64,000 nucleotides of DNA from Phoronis australis (lineage: Eukaryota; Animalia; Phoronida), in assembly GCA_002633005.1 (NCBI GenBank), contig NMRA01000187.1, forward strand, positions 15,979 to 79,978, written 5' to 3'. The translations under genes and the position numbers were made by a program. This document shows positions 1 through 12,363 of this stretch, in pieces. The notes beneath the pieces are model-generated. The model was not told the DNA's origin and ran no database searches. It saw only the letters and a program-made list of their open reading frames with translations. The stretch's first letter is position 1. The number at the start of each line of letters is the position of its first letter.

Positions 1-207
1 GTTAAGATTCAAATGCTTCTGGAGGCTACAATTCTTTACGTACAGGACTGGAAAAAGGCACAATTAATGGACCGTAAGTGCGTTGCAAGTATATCGGAAA
101 TTGTTCACTTGTGGTTAAAGACGACTGAAATATCAGCACTCGCACATGCGCACCTCGATTTCGGGAAAAAATGTTTTCTCCTGTAGAGGGCGCATTGTAG
201 AACCAAT

Positions 208-1932
208 AGCGGATTTGCAGCTCAAACGAACTACGCATTGCGCATGTGCGAGTTACTTCCTGCGCGAAGGCTCATGGGATAGCTTGTGGTCAGGCTTGTC
301 TTGAGGGGGCTGGATAGTGTGTGCAGTTGGAGTGATTTGCAAACTAAAAAACATGTTTCATTTTTTTGCTTTATAATACCAAGCAAGTCCTCTCTCTCGT
401 TTGTAAATACAGCGAAGCTATGATCAGTGACCGCGTGACCGAGGGCACGACTGTCTTTCGTCATGTTCAGTATTGGGGCTATCGGCGTTGATTTCGAAAT
501 CCCCTCCGGTTTCAGACAAGTTGNCCAAGCAAGTCCTCTCTCTCGTTTGTAAATACAGCGAAGCTATGATCAGTGACCGTGTGACCGAGGGCACGACTGT
601 CATCATGTTCAGTATTGGGGCTATCGGCGTTGATTTCGAAATCCCGGGTTTCAGACAAGTTGAGAGTTCTTGGGTTGCTAAACTTTTGTAGCTTTCGCCG
701 TGGATATGCTAGAGACGTTAATTTTAAGAGGAAACTCCGTCGGAATGTTGTTCTCGTGCGTCTTTTTTCCACCAGGAAAATGTTAGCTGCACACACGATG
801 GTCCATAGGCAATTACATCGCACTGGATGCCGCAGGCATTCAGGGGTGATAGTACATCCTCACAAAAAGTTACTCATTTCAAAATACAACAAATAAAATC
901 AATACATATAGGAACACGGAGTTATAATTAACACATACCACGACTCTGGATACAATTTAGTCAGCAAAACTTCAACAAATCGGTGAAAATCTGTCGCGGT
1001 TTGCTCAAGTTTCTCTCAGTTACCGGGTGCCATTTTGAGGAAGTTACGTGAAATTACGCATGTTGACGAAAAAAACATCCAAGGGACACACATCTTACAA
1101 GTTTCACCCGATATCTTCTCATGCTATTTTACAAGTGTCGCACGCTAGCGTCACGCGCTTCGCTCAGTCTCGCGCTAACTTTTGCCTAACTCGCGTGATT
1201 CAGTTGACAAGCTTTGTGGTTATCGCGCACGCGGTGATAAAATTAACGGCAACCAAAAAGTTGACTTGTAATTCTTCGCCAAAGTCAACTTAATTCTCAC
1301 AACTAAGCTTCATCAAAGATATGTATAGAAGTAGAAAGAACCAATGATGAAAGTAAGCGTTTTTTTAAATGATAGTTTAAAGTGTAGAATGTATTTTTGA
1401 CGAGGTGAAAACTCGAAATCGGTAACCCAAATCCGGTCACGGCCCGTTTAAAATANGTTTTTTTAATGATAGTTTTAAGTGTAGAATGTATTTTTGACAA
1501 GGTGAAAAATCGAAATCGGTAACCCAAATCCGATCACGGCCCGTTTAAAATACACGGAAGTAACGAAATGAGTACAGAAAGCGAGTGGAAGTATTGTAGC
1601 TTCTATATGGCCAACCGAGGGGCTACCTGTTGCCTTCTCAGTAGATGGCCCGCGTTGGTTTGAATGCGCTAAATCTCCCCTTACTCCCAGCTCTCCTAAT
1701 GTTGTTTACCCATTTTTCACGAAGTTCTTGGTTTGCAGGGAACACATAAAAACTCAGATTTTTATCTCTCTTGTTGTTTTGGAAGCAGCCAGGAACACAA
1801 CAAGTGTAAGTTTTCTTCGCGCTCATACCAAGTATTATGCTTGTTACTATGGCTGCTTTCGGAATCCTGACCACAGCACCCACAATGCACCATTTTAACC
1901 TAATTTCAATATGGCGTCGCTGCAAATCCGCT
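208..1932 (-). mobile_element. Non-autonomous TIR DNA transposon with THAP remnant, ISL2EU-like
   Basis: caatAGCGGATTTGCAGC at 204-221 is the exact reverse complement of 1919-1936. Reading AT as a 2-bp TSD gives AG...CT termini. An internal THAP ORF is present. Confidence 0.6.
1638..1826 (-). pseudogene. Truncated THAP zinc-finger domain (transposase N-terminus)
   Basis: MSAKKTYTCCVPGC...LSFYVFP...REKWVNNIRR matches the THAP CxxxxC...FxFP...W motif. The ORF stops before the C-x2-HF end. Confidence 0.75.
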
Positions 1933-2409
1933 ATTGACCTATCGCCAGGATTTTGAGTGACGACTTATCTGACCCATCAGAACGCAGTACTTTTGGCACA
2001 CCTTCGTTTCCAAGCCGCCATTTTACCCGACAACAACACGTTGCCGGGTAAAACTTACAGTGTATTGTTGTTTGTCGACATTTCCATAGGGGGCGGAGCT
2101 TGTGATAGGATTTCTTCGGTACACTGAAGCAAGTTCTTTAGCTACAACTACCAAATTCCATCTGCCCTAATTGAAATAAATACATTTACTTAAAGACATG
2201 ATCTTATCTAATCATACCGTTGGCTGTTACTATGTGATATCAGAAATTTCTCGAAACTTGGACTACAAATACAACTTCCATCTCACCCACTTTTACTAAC
2301 CTCACTTAGCCCCACCTTGCTTGTACTTGGACTACAAATACAACTTCTATCTCATCCATGCAAGTCAGGGGTTTGTCATCATTGGTCAGTTCTCTTGTTA
2401 TTGTTTCAG

Positions 2410-2507
2410 GTTTAGAGTCCTGCTGGTGGCCAGGCAGAGATCAACTCATCAAGAGGCCAGGTGTCAGTTATTTTCTTGATGGAGCCCACAACTCTCAAAG
2501 TATACAG
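2410..2507 (+). CDS. FPGS: Folylpolyglutamate synthase, internal exon
   Basis: ttgtttcag/...CAG/gtgagt. Encodes (G)LESCWWPGRDQLIKRPGVSYFLDGAHNSQSIQ, with the FPGS/FolC WPGRxQ and DGAH motifs. Confidence 0.93.
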
Positions 2508-2865
2508 GTGAGTTCACCTTTCCTGTGATTACCAGGTAAAGATCAGCTGATCCCAGGTGTAAACTATTACTTAAACTTAGCTCAGTTAGTCAAAAGGCCA
2601 CTGGTACAAGTTTCAAAAAAATGTAAAATATTAAAAATTTTGTGGTAAAAAGTTTGAAACTTCTATTGATTTTTATGCGCCTACATATTTATATGTGAAT
2701 GCATTACGCCCTCATCTCCGTCCGTCCGTCTGGCGTGCGGTGTCCGGTGTTCGCTGCTCTATCTCTAAAACGTATCTTCATGAAATTTTGCACGTGTTCC
2801 TTTCGTGAATGGGACAGCATGAGCGAACTTTCAGACGGATCCGACTACCGATGTGCCCCCTAGTG

Positions 2866-3232
2866 CAGGGCTTGGAATTTTCCGCGGAAACGCGGATTTC
2901 CGCTTTTTTGAAATGTGCTTTCCGCTTTTTTTATAATATTTCCGAGCAAAAAAAAAACGGATTTGATATGAAATTTCCGCGGCAAATTCCTTTCTTACGG
3001 CGGCGTTGCAGACGACGTTCACCTCGGAAAGCGGAAGTCTTTATGTTTCGGAGGAACGTAAATTGTCAACATTGCCGNAGACGCATGCTACTGATGGTGG
3101 TAACTTTTTTTTTAGGCCTTCCGATTTTTGCCGCGGAAAGGTTCACATTGACCATTTCAAAGGCTGGTTATCGGGCATGATTTGGGCCGTAAAAGTTTCC
3201 GCGTTTTTTGTCATTGGTCATTCCAAGCCCTG
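2866..3232 (+). mobile_element. MITE with CAGGGCTTGGAA TIRs and 6-bp TSD (hAT6-like)
   Basis: cagggcttggaa...ttccaagccctg flanked by ctagtg/ctagtg. Confidence 0.8.
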
Positions 3233-3926
3233 CTAGTGGCAATTTTAGTTTTTTACCTTTACCACTATATCTTCGAAGGTCCTCGACGTATTTTCATAAA
3301 ATTTGGCATACAGGCATCTATTAGTGAGATGACCCTAAACTTGCGTTTTCGGATGGATTCGACAAAGTTTGCACCACCTATTGGCCATTTTTGCTGTTTT
3401 TGCGTCCACCCCTCTATCAATCAAACCTCTCAAAAGGATGATTGTGAAATTTGGCACGTATGTTCTGACTATGAAGTGGATGGCTGTCGCTGATTTTCCT
3501 ATGATTTTGACTACTGTGGCGCTTCCTATTGGTAGTTTTTTTTTTGCGGTTATGGCATTATCTACTAAGCTGTTCGAAGGATCTTTACTAAATATATTAA
3601 GTGTATATTATGTTGACAAGGGACAACAGCAACTTTCAGACGAATGTGACTACTGGTGTGACCCCTAGTGGCAATTTCATTTTTTTACGTTTACCTCTGC
3701 ATGTTCAAAGGTCCTCAACATATTTTCACAAAATTTGGCATACAGGCATCTCTTGATGCGATGATGCTATCGTTTTCAGATGGATTCGACCTAGTTTGCG
3801 CCACCTAGTGGCCACTTTGCCGTTTTCAATTATATTTTTTGACGTCCACTCATCTGTCAACCAAACGCTTTCGGGTTAATTGTGAAAATTGGCATGTATG
3901 TTTTTACTATGAAGTGGATGAGTGAG

Positions 3927-4374
3927 GCAAAAGGTACCCGCTCATCCAAAACCTTTACGACAAACAGATGGCGCTTCTCATCAATCACGTGTCATTTTAT
4001 CGCTCAAATAAGACTGTCTGCCAGCGCCTTGACCTACATTCTGCTGCTGCTGACTGTAGCCACAGGTCACGAGAGTTCACGAACCAGAACGTGTATGTCC
4101 TGATGAGTCGCGAATTTGTGTGAAAAAGAAATCTTTGTGTCCAACATTCCATGTTTAAAACCACTTTTGTAAAAACTATAACATATAATTAAGATGAAAT
4201 CTACGCTGTTGTGGTTGCTCGGCCTAAATGCTGGGGTAAAATATATATTCAATGAACGTGACTATGGTGAGGCGACATATAAGTTGGTCAAATAAACCGA
4301 TTTTTGCTCTTCAGTCGTCTAGTTTTTGAGCGAACTTATTGGTCAGTACTTTTGGATGAGCGGATACCTTTTGC
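3927..4374. mobile_element. MITE with ~25-bp TIRs and degenerate 9-bp TSD (Mutator-like)
   Basis: gcaaaaggtacccgctcatccaaaa ... ttttggatgagcggataccttttgc; flanks atgagtgag/atgggtgaa (7/9 match). Confidence 0.6.
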
Positions 4375-5404
4375 ATGGGTGAAGCTGATTTGCCGACGAG
4401 TTCAACTACTGTGGCGCCTCCTGGTGGCAGTTTTGTTTTTTGCGCTTTACGCTGTATCTCGTAAACCGTTTGCAGGATCTTCATTTAATTTAGCAAGTGT
4501 ATTTATATAATGTTGACAACAGACGACTATGACTTTCGGACAGATCTGAATTTTGGTGTGCCCTCTAGTGGCAATTTAATTTTTTATGTTAACCAGTCTT
4601 TATCTTCAAAGGTCCGCAAACAGATTTTCATAAAATTTTGAATATAGGCGTCTGTTGGTGAGATGACGCTATCATCCTGTTTTTGGATGGAATCTAGGTA
4701 TTTTGCGCCACCTGGTGGCCATTTTTCTGTTTTCAAATCTTGTTTTTGGCGTCCATGCCTCGATCAACCAAATCATTCTGGTGATGATTTTGAAAATTGG
4801 ACTATACGTTTTCAGTGTGAAGAAGACGTTTGATGATGGCGACTGACTACTGTGGCGCCTCCTAGTGGTAGTATTGTTTTGTTTTTCGCTCATAACTGTA
4901 TCTCCAAAACACATTGAAGGATCTTTATTATATTTAGTAAGTGAATTTATGTGAAGATAACAGATGATGACTGTCAGGCGGATTGAACGGACGCTGTGCC
5001 CACAAGTGTCAATTTCATTTTGATCTGTTTTCCTTTGTTTCTTTGAAGTTCCTTGACAGATTTTATGAAATATGGCATGATCCCGTTTTTGGATGGATTG
5101 TTCATTTTTGCGCCATCTAGTGGCCACTTTTATGATACAATTAAATAACCCTAAAAGCACACCATTTGCGATGCATTCGTCGGCGCAATTCAACACTTCG
5201 CGTTGCTTTTGTTTCAATTTTTGTGTGGTTTCCTTCTGGTATTTTGGCATAATTTCAAGTTGTTAGGACGAAAGTTTGTGAATAATAAACGCAACATATT
5301 GCTTTTGTTTACTAACAAGCCAAGGATTACTACAAGCAATGTTAGGTGTGTAGATTACGAAGTTTGTGTAGACATTGAATGGTTTTTGGTATTCTTCCTT
5401 ACAG

Positions 5405-5457
5405 CAATGTGTAAAGTGGTTTAATAAAGCTGCGAAAAAAGAGAGACAAGAATTGAG
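5405..5457 (+). CDS. FPGS: FPGS internal exon
   Basis: ccttacag/CAATGTGTAAAGTGGTTT...GAG/gtatgt. Encodes QCVKWFNKAAKKERQEL (cf. ACVRWF in FPGS). Phase 0 to 2 fits both neighbouring exons. Confidence 0.85.
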
Positions 5458-6110
5458 GTATGTAACATATCTGAATGTGGCAGCTTATTTTCTGCTTAAA
5501 TCTCGGTAACCAAGGACTGCATACTTAATTCTCGTTACCAAGGACTGCATGGCCCTCTTAAATCATCATAGCCAAGGAATGCATTCTTAAATTCTTGTAG
5601 TCAAGGATTGTGAGGTAAATTCTCGTAGTCAAGGACTATGTGATAAATTCTCGTAGTTGAGGCCTATGATTAAATCCTCATATCTAAGGGCTGTATTTCT
5701 GAATCCCATAACCAAGGATTGTACAATGCTTATTCTCTACAGCTCTCTATCCAGGCAGCAGCTTCCGCTAAAATAGTGCTGAGCATACAATAATTTGTGT
5801 GAATTTGTTCCATTTTAAGAGTCAACATCCGTAATTAGCTGAAACCTCCAAAACCATTCGGAGGTTGGCGACCTTTAACCCATGCACTGAATCTATCTCA
5901 TCAAATGGATTCTCTGCTATTCTCAAACCTTTTTTAGCAAATAATTCATTCAAGGAATGTGGAGTTAACAACATTGTCATAAGTCATTCAGTCGGATGAT
6001 ACATTGTTGTTTGTACTTATTCGATTGTTTATATTAAGTAAAATCAAATTACTGGGACCAGGGATAAAGAAGCTCCAACGTAAAGACACCTTCACCGAGA
6101 TCATGAAAAA

Positions 6111-6394
6111 CTCTATGATACATTATCCATATTATGGTATTGGCTCTATGATACATTATCCATATTATGGTATTGGCTCTATGATGCATTATCCATATTA
6201 TGTTGTTGGCTGTATGATGCATTATCCATATTATGGTGTTGGCTCTATGATGCATTATCCATATTATGGTGTTGGCTGTATGATGCATTATCCATATTAT
6301 GGTGTTGGCTCTATGATACATTATCCATATTATGGTGTTGGCTCAATGATGCATTATCCATATTATGTTGTTGGCTCAGTGATGCATTATCCAT
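6111..6394. repeat. 33-bp minisatellite, ~8.5 copies
   Basis: Unit ctctatgatgcattatccatattatggtgttgg. Confidence 0.95.
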
Positions 6395-6974
6395 ATCTAA
6401 AATGCTCAGAACACTTCCATCGCTTGCCACAGTGTGTCGCTAGCGTATCATTCTGTGCCCATATGTAATTTCCTGGAAACTTTTGGAAGGATTCTTTTCT
6501 GAGAACTTTAAGCATAGGAGGGAGCGTATCAGACTTGGTGACGTGTAACTTGTTAATGTGACTGGGTGAAATGTTGAACATTCACGGTTGTTTCAGTTTA
6601 AAGCATGCGCCGCTTTGTGGCAAACATGACCACCCATGTATTTGAGATTTTATTTAGACCATGTTGGAATGGCAAGTGTGACATTTTACCTGAATTGATA
6701 CAGTTACAGAGCAAGTAATCACAGCCTGAATAGAGACATTCTTTGTGAGATGAGTGTCAATTAATACATTATGAATTAATAAAAGCTATTTTTTGTGTAA
6801 AATGTTCAGAATGAGGAGTTTGTATCACTGTAGAGTTTGCTATGACATGACGCCACAAGCTGGGCAATCTGGATAAGATCGAGAACACCTTGGTTTTGTG
6901 TCACATATATTCGTTCACTAATAAACAACAAAAGTACAATCAATGAAATATCCTTAAACTGACACTACATTACT

Positions 6975-7133
6975 AGATAACAATGCACACTATTTAAACA
7001 ACATATCCAACAACAGATAACAATGCACACTATTTAAACAACATATCCAACAACAGATAACAATGCACACTATTTAAACAACATATCCAACAACAGATAA
7101 CAATGCACACTATTTAAACAACATATCCAACAA
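6975..7133. repeat. 40-bp minisatellite, 4 copies
   Basis: Unit agataacaatgcacactatttaaacaacatatccaacaac. Confidence 0.95.
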
Positions 7134-7567
7134 ACGTAACTACACTATCAATTACAGATTAAGAAACTTCTCACTGACCAAAGTCTCCACTAACTCCACA
7201 CATTGTAAGAGAAAACAAAATAATAATAATACTTCAGCGTACTCAATGTGAATGCCTTTGGCTGTCCAAGATTAACATCCATTTCATGAGACTTTCAGAA
7301 AACTAATGGAAGCTGTTGTACCCGACACCCAATCTGAATTGAATGGGTCAAAGAAAGAACCTCAATGGAAACAGAGTCACACAGTCAAGAAGACGTACTA
7401 CCAGATGATGAGAAGACACCTGTTGACTATAATGCAAACTACGTAAAAAAACAAAACTCATCAATGTGAACTAACATGCTATGCTCAAGTACAAACAATA
7501 GTCACTGTGATAAGTGCTGACACCTTTGTTAGGAAATCTTACACTAACAAGATATGCACTCAAGTGG

Positions 7568-8014
7568 AAAAGAACCATTCACTGTTCACCCCTGTGTTTT
7601 CAGCTAAAGAACCATTCACTGTTCTCCCCTGTGTTTTCAGCTAAAGAACCATTCACTGTTCACCCCTGTGTTTTCAGCTAAAGAACCATTCACTGTTCAC
7701 CCCAGTGTTTTCAGCTAAAGAACCATTCACTGTTCACCCCTGTGTTTTCAGCTAAAGAACCATTCACTGTTCTCCCCTGTGTTTTCAGCTAAAGAACCAT
7801 TCACTGTTCACCCCTGTGTTTTCAGCTAAAGAACCATTCACTGTTCACCCCTGTGTTTTCAGCTAAAGAACCATTCACTGTTCACCCCTGTGTTTTCAGC
7901 TAAAGAACCATTCACTGTTCACCCCTGTGTTTTCAGCTAAAGAACCATTCACTGTTCACCCCTGTGTTTTCAGCTAAAGAACCATTCACTGTTCACCCCT
8001 GTGTTTTCAGCTAA
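7568..8014. repeat. 37-bp minisatellite, ~12 copies
   Basis: Unit aaagaaccattcactgttcacccctgtgttttcagct. Confidence 0.95.
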
Positions 8015-8113
8015 ATCCTCGGCACACCAAAGACTTGATGGTGCCTTCACAAATTGAAGTGAATTAAACACAATGCATAGGATTAGCTGAACATGCTGGA
8101 TGAGAAAATGATT

Positions 8114-8240
8114 GTCTTAACCCTACACCCATGTTTTGTGTAAGAGTTTCACAGTCTTAACCCTACACCCATGTTTTGTGTAGGAGTTTCACAGTCTTAA
8201 CCCTACACCCCTGTTTTGTGTAGGAGTTTCACAGTCTTAA
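8114..8240. repeat. 40-bp minisatellite, 3 copies
   Basis: Unit gtcttaaccctacacccatgttttgtgtaggagtttcaca. Confidence 0.9.
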
Positions 8241-8623
8241 ACCTAACTATGCGCAAGGCAAATGACCAAAATGACTGCCTCTTAAAATTGAAAAGTAAAT
8301 AGCAGTCGTCTTTGAATTTTTAAAACCAATGCATTATGAGAGAACTTAAAGCCTTCTTCAGCATCATACATGTAGCGTAGCAACAAGCATTAGCTTGTGA
8401 ATTGATTATCACGGTTAGTCACAGTCTGGCTTAGGCGTTGGCTTAACAAAACCTAACAGTTAGCCTAGGAGTTATCGCTGTACTCGGAAACTCGGTAGAC
8501 TTTGATTTTTTCTTAAAACAATCTATTGCCAATTTGGTCATGCGACCATGTATTATTAATAAAAATTGCCAAAAAATACTGTTCATACATAGATGTCAAA
8601 ACATCAGTATCAATAACATGATT

Positions 8624-10280
8624 ATTTTTATGCACCCGCGTAAATTTTTTATGTGGTCGCATATTGCTGTCATCTCTGTCTGGGCGTCCAGCATCGCAGT
8701 CGTATCTCCTAAACCCATAGCAGGATCTTTATGAAATTTGGCACACGTGTTTATATTAGGCTGACAAGAGATGACGACAAATTTCTGACCTCTCCGGCTA
8801 CCAGTGTGCCCCCTAGTGGCCAATTAAGTTTTTTATTAAGCTTACCTCTGTATCTTTGGAGGTCCTCAACGTATTTTGATAAAATTGGACAGTTAAGCAT
8901 CTATTAGTGAGATGATGCCATCCCCTCGTTTTCAGACGGATTCGAAGTACTTTGCGCCACCTAGTGGCCATTTTTACTGTTTTTGAGTCTGTTTTGTGGC
9001 GTCCACCCTTCTATCAACCAAACCGCTCTTGGTATGATTTTGAACATTGGCATATTATGTTCTTACTGAAAAGAGGGCAGCTGAGGATGATTTTCTGACG
9101 ACTTCGACTACTGTGGCAGTTTTCGCAACCTTGGCTGTATCTCCTAAACCGTTTAGCAGGATCTTTAACTAAATGCGGTAAGTATATGATATTGACCAGG
9201 AACGACGACGACTTTCACATCGATCGGTCTACGGTTGCACCCTGTTGTGGTAATTTTAGTTTTTTGTGTTTACCTTAATATCTTCAAAGGTCCTCAACGG
9301 ATTTTCATAAAGTTTGTCTGATAGGCATGTATTATTGAGATGACGCTATCCTCCCGTTTTCATATGGGTTCGAGGTATTTTGCAACACTTAGTGGGTCTG
9401 TTTTGTGGCGTCCACCCCTTTAACAATCAAGCCGTTCAAAGGATGGTCCTGAAAATTGGCATGTATGTTCTTACTATGAAGGGGGTGGCTGACGATGGTT
9501 TTTCGACGACTTCGACCACTGTGGTGCCTCCTAGTGGCAGTTTCGTTTGTTTGCGCCCATGGCTGTATATCCAAAACCGTTTGCAGGATCTTTACAACAC
9601 TTAGCACTAATGATGTTGACAATAATCGACAAACATTTTCGCACAGATCTGTCCATCAATATGCCCCCTGGTGGCAAGTTTTTAACGTTTACCTCTGTAT
9701 CAACGAATGTTCATAAAATTTGGAATATAGACTTATATTGGTGAGGTGACGCTACCCTACCGTTTTCAGATGGATTCGGGGTATTTTGTGCCACCTAGTG
9801 GCCATTTTTACTGTTTCTGAGTCTGATTTTTGCGTCCAAACCATTCTCAGGATGATTTGAAAATTGGCGTATATGTTCTCAATGTGATGAGGACGATTGA
9901 TGATGACGACTTCGAATACTGTGGCACATCCTATTGGTATTTTTTGCGCCCACAGCTCTATCTCCCAAACCCACTGCAGGATTTTATTAATCTTAGTAAG
10001 TGTATTTATATGAAGATAACAACAGACGACCACTTTCAGGTAGACGCTGTACCCCTAGTGTCAATTTCATTTTTTGATTCCCTTTGTTTCTCTGAAGTTC
10101 CTTTACAGATTTTTATCAAATTTGGCAAAGAAGCTATGGCATGTTCTGTTTTCAGATGGGTTGCACATTGTGTGGCATCTAATGGCCATTTTTATGATAG
10201 AAATAAACAACTTTAGACTGAAGCACACGGTTTGCGGTGCATTAGCTGGGCACATTTCAACAGTCCACATTTCTCTTGTT
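8624..10280 (+). mobile_element. Second Helentron/HINE-like element with ~145-bp array
   Basis: Starts tttttatgcacccgc, with a complementary gcggtgcat near the 3' end (~10234). Same gccacctagtgg / aaattggc units as 2670-5212. Confidence 0.55.
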
Positions 10281-10531
10281 ATTTGATATCAATGTCCAAG
10301 ATGGAATCTCCAAGTTTTGTTTACAACATTTTGTAATCATAGCCTTGATTTGGTTCTTACAACAGTTTTTGAATTGCTCAGATCTTGTCTACAGGTAGCT
10401 ATTCCCTCTCAAACCTGAACTACTCCAGTTTGTCCATGTTTAAATTGTTGAAGAATGTTGTGATACTTTACATTATTCACACCATTGTTGTGTAAGGAAT
10501 CAGTTGTATTATAGTTATTTATTTCTTTTAG

Positions 10532-10607
10532 TGGGAACGTGTCAAGACTGCTCATCTTTAATACTACTGGAGACCGTAATCCCAAGACACTGCTGCAACC
10601 ACTAATG
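10532..10607 (+). CDS. FPGS: FPGS internal exon
   Basis: ttttag/TGGGAAC...ATG/gtatgc. Encodes GNVSRLLIFNTTGDRNPKTLLQPLM (cf. VLLFNATGDRD). Phase 2 to 0. Confidence 0.92.
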
Positions 10608-11133
10608 GTATGCATGTCAACTGATTGGTCAAGTGGTCACTCAACTAATCAGTCAATTGATCAGACAACTGGTCAGTCCACTGGTCAGTTGACTGTTCAT
10701 TCTGGTTTTATGTGTTAAATATCAACATCACATCAATGGAAACAGATCAATGTGTCGATATGTGATTATAGATTTGATTGCAAACTTACTGGAGAGTTGG
10801 AGCATCCTGGAGATAGGTTTGTCTGTGATAAATAGTGAGGACTTTCCCAGAAAAATCCATATGGGGGGCAGCAGTTGATTTAAAAATTTATAGGAGGTTG
10901 TCTGTTGAAGTGAATTCAAATTATGTGAGGTCCTTCTTGGAAGCAGTATATCATTAAAAATGGGGGGTATGTTTTGTCCTGTAAATGTTGTCATGTTGTC
11001 AAAACCATCTGAAAATAATTAAAAACTTGCCAAAAATTCACTTACCCATAAATACCCAAAAAACAACAAAACAAGCCCCAGTTGCTAGTGTGCACAGTGC
11101 AGTATGAATATTACACCATTATCAAGTCATGGG

Positions 11134-11316
11134 CAACTTGATTACATGCACAAGTTGTACAGTCATATTAGAATAAAATAACTTGATTACATGCACAAGT
11201 TGTACAGTCATATTAGAATAAAATAACTTGATTACATGCACAAGTTGTACAGTCATATTAGAATAAAATAACTTGATTACATGCACAAGTTGTACAGTCA
11301 TATTAGAATAAAATAA
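11134..11316. repeat. 48-bp minisatellite, ~4 copies
   Basis: Unit aacttgattacatgcacaagttgtacagtcatattagaataaaat. Confidence 0.9.
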
Positions 11317-12097
11317 TTGCAACACTAAACTGGTGATGACACATCAAGAATATTTATTGAGTCAGATACACAACTTCTAGTATTCAATCGTCATAGCAGC
11401 ATAAAAGTGTTCATGGAGACATTTAAAAGGTGAAAAAATCTCGATGAAATTACAGAGACACGTGGTGGACAGAGACACCTGGTGCCTTCCTAAAGTTTTG
11501 CTTACAGGTGTCTTTGAAAAGCAAGTTTCTCATAACTGACATCAGTTGTAATCTTGCAGGGAATTTCTCTACCCCCACAAAATCTTTTGGTCGAATATAA
11601 TGGGCATCCCTCCGTCCCTTTGTGTGGACGAGGATCGGTCTGTCTGTCATTATCATTTCTTGTCCATCAATTATTTCAAGAACCGCTTAGCACATAATGA
11701 TCAAATTTGGTATCGAGGTAATCAGTTTGGATGCGCCAGCATTGCCGATTATCTTGAAACCGCTTAACGATCATAATGACATTTGGCATAGAGATAGACG
11801 GCTGGTATGCACTGGCACCAGTTGACTTTTGGACGGATTTGGTTACCGTAGCACCCCTGTAGGCCATTTTAGTTTTTGACAAGACAGGTTGATTATCTCA
11901 AAAAGTGCTAGGCCCAACTAGATGAAATTTGGCACAAGGATATATGGCAAGGATTGGTGCGCAGCCACAATTCTATTTTTGTTTTGATTAGCCTATCCTC
12001 TTTTCCCTTGAGTTTTTGACAGTATTTGACAAGACAGCTAGTTCTTGTCCCTGGATCATGTAAGTACTTAACAGGTCATCCTAGAGGCATTTTTTTA

Positions 12098-12363
12098 CAA
12101 AAACCGGACGATCGCCGCACAAATAAAAAAGTTCATGTTCAATTCAACATTTCGTCTTTTCATTAGACATCATCAGGATCATATTTACAACAATATATAT
12201 TCAATGTATCTCTCACTTCACTCTATGGATGTTACCCGAGCTGTATGTTGGCACTTGTTGTCCAAAATTGTTGTAAATATGATCCTGATGATGTCTAATG
12301 AAAAGACGAAACGTTGAATTGAACATGAACTTTTTTATTTGTGCGGCGATCGTCCGGTTTTTG
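12098..12363. mobile_element. Foldback MITE, ~97-bp inverted arms
   Basis: caaaaaccggacgatcgccgcac...atttacaacaat recurs in reverse complement at ~12268-12363 with one mismatch, around a ~70-bp spacer. Confidence 0.8.

Larger units (their letters stand above)
2670..5212 (+). mobile_element. Helentron/HINE-like non-autonomous element with internal ~145-bp tandem array
   Basis: Starts ttttatgcgcc, then a short hairpin and a (ccgt)n microsatellite at ~2718. Degenerate units each carry gcgccacctagtgg. The 3' end is hairpin-like. Related copy at 8624-10280. Confidence 0.55.

Noticed and set aside
379-663. ~145-bp tandem duplication
   Set aside because: The copies are joined by a single N at 524, typical of an unmerged contig overlap; probably an assembly artefact.
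1357-1552. ~100-bp tandem duplication
   Set aside because: Also joined by a single N (1456); probably an assembly artefact.
4672-5250. 192-aa minus-strand ORF
   Set aside because: Lies in the repeat array, has no recognisable domain, and its ATRWR repeats are just the translated DNA motif.
7568-8014. 37-bp repeats of CRISPR-like length
   Set aside because: Head-to-tail units with no unique spacers, eukaryotic intron context and no cas genes.
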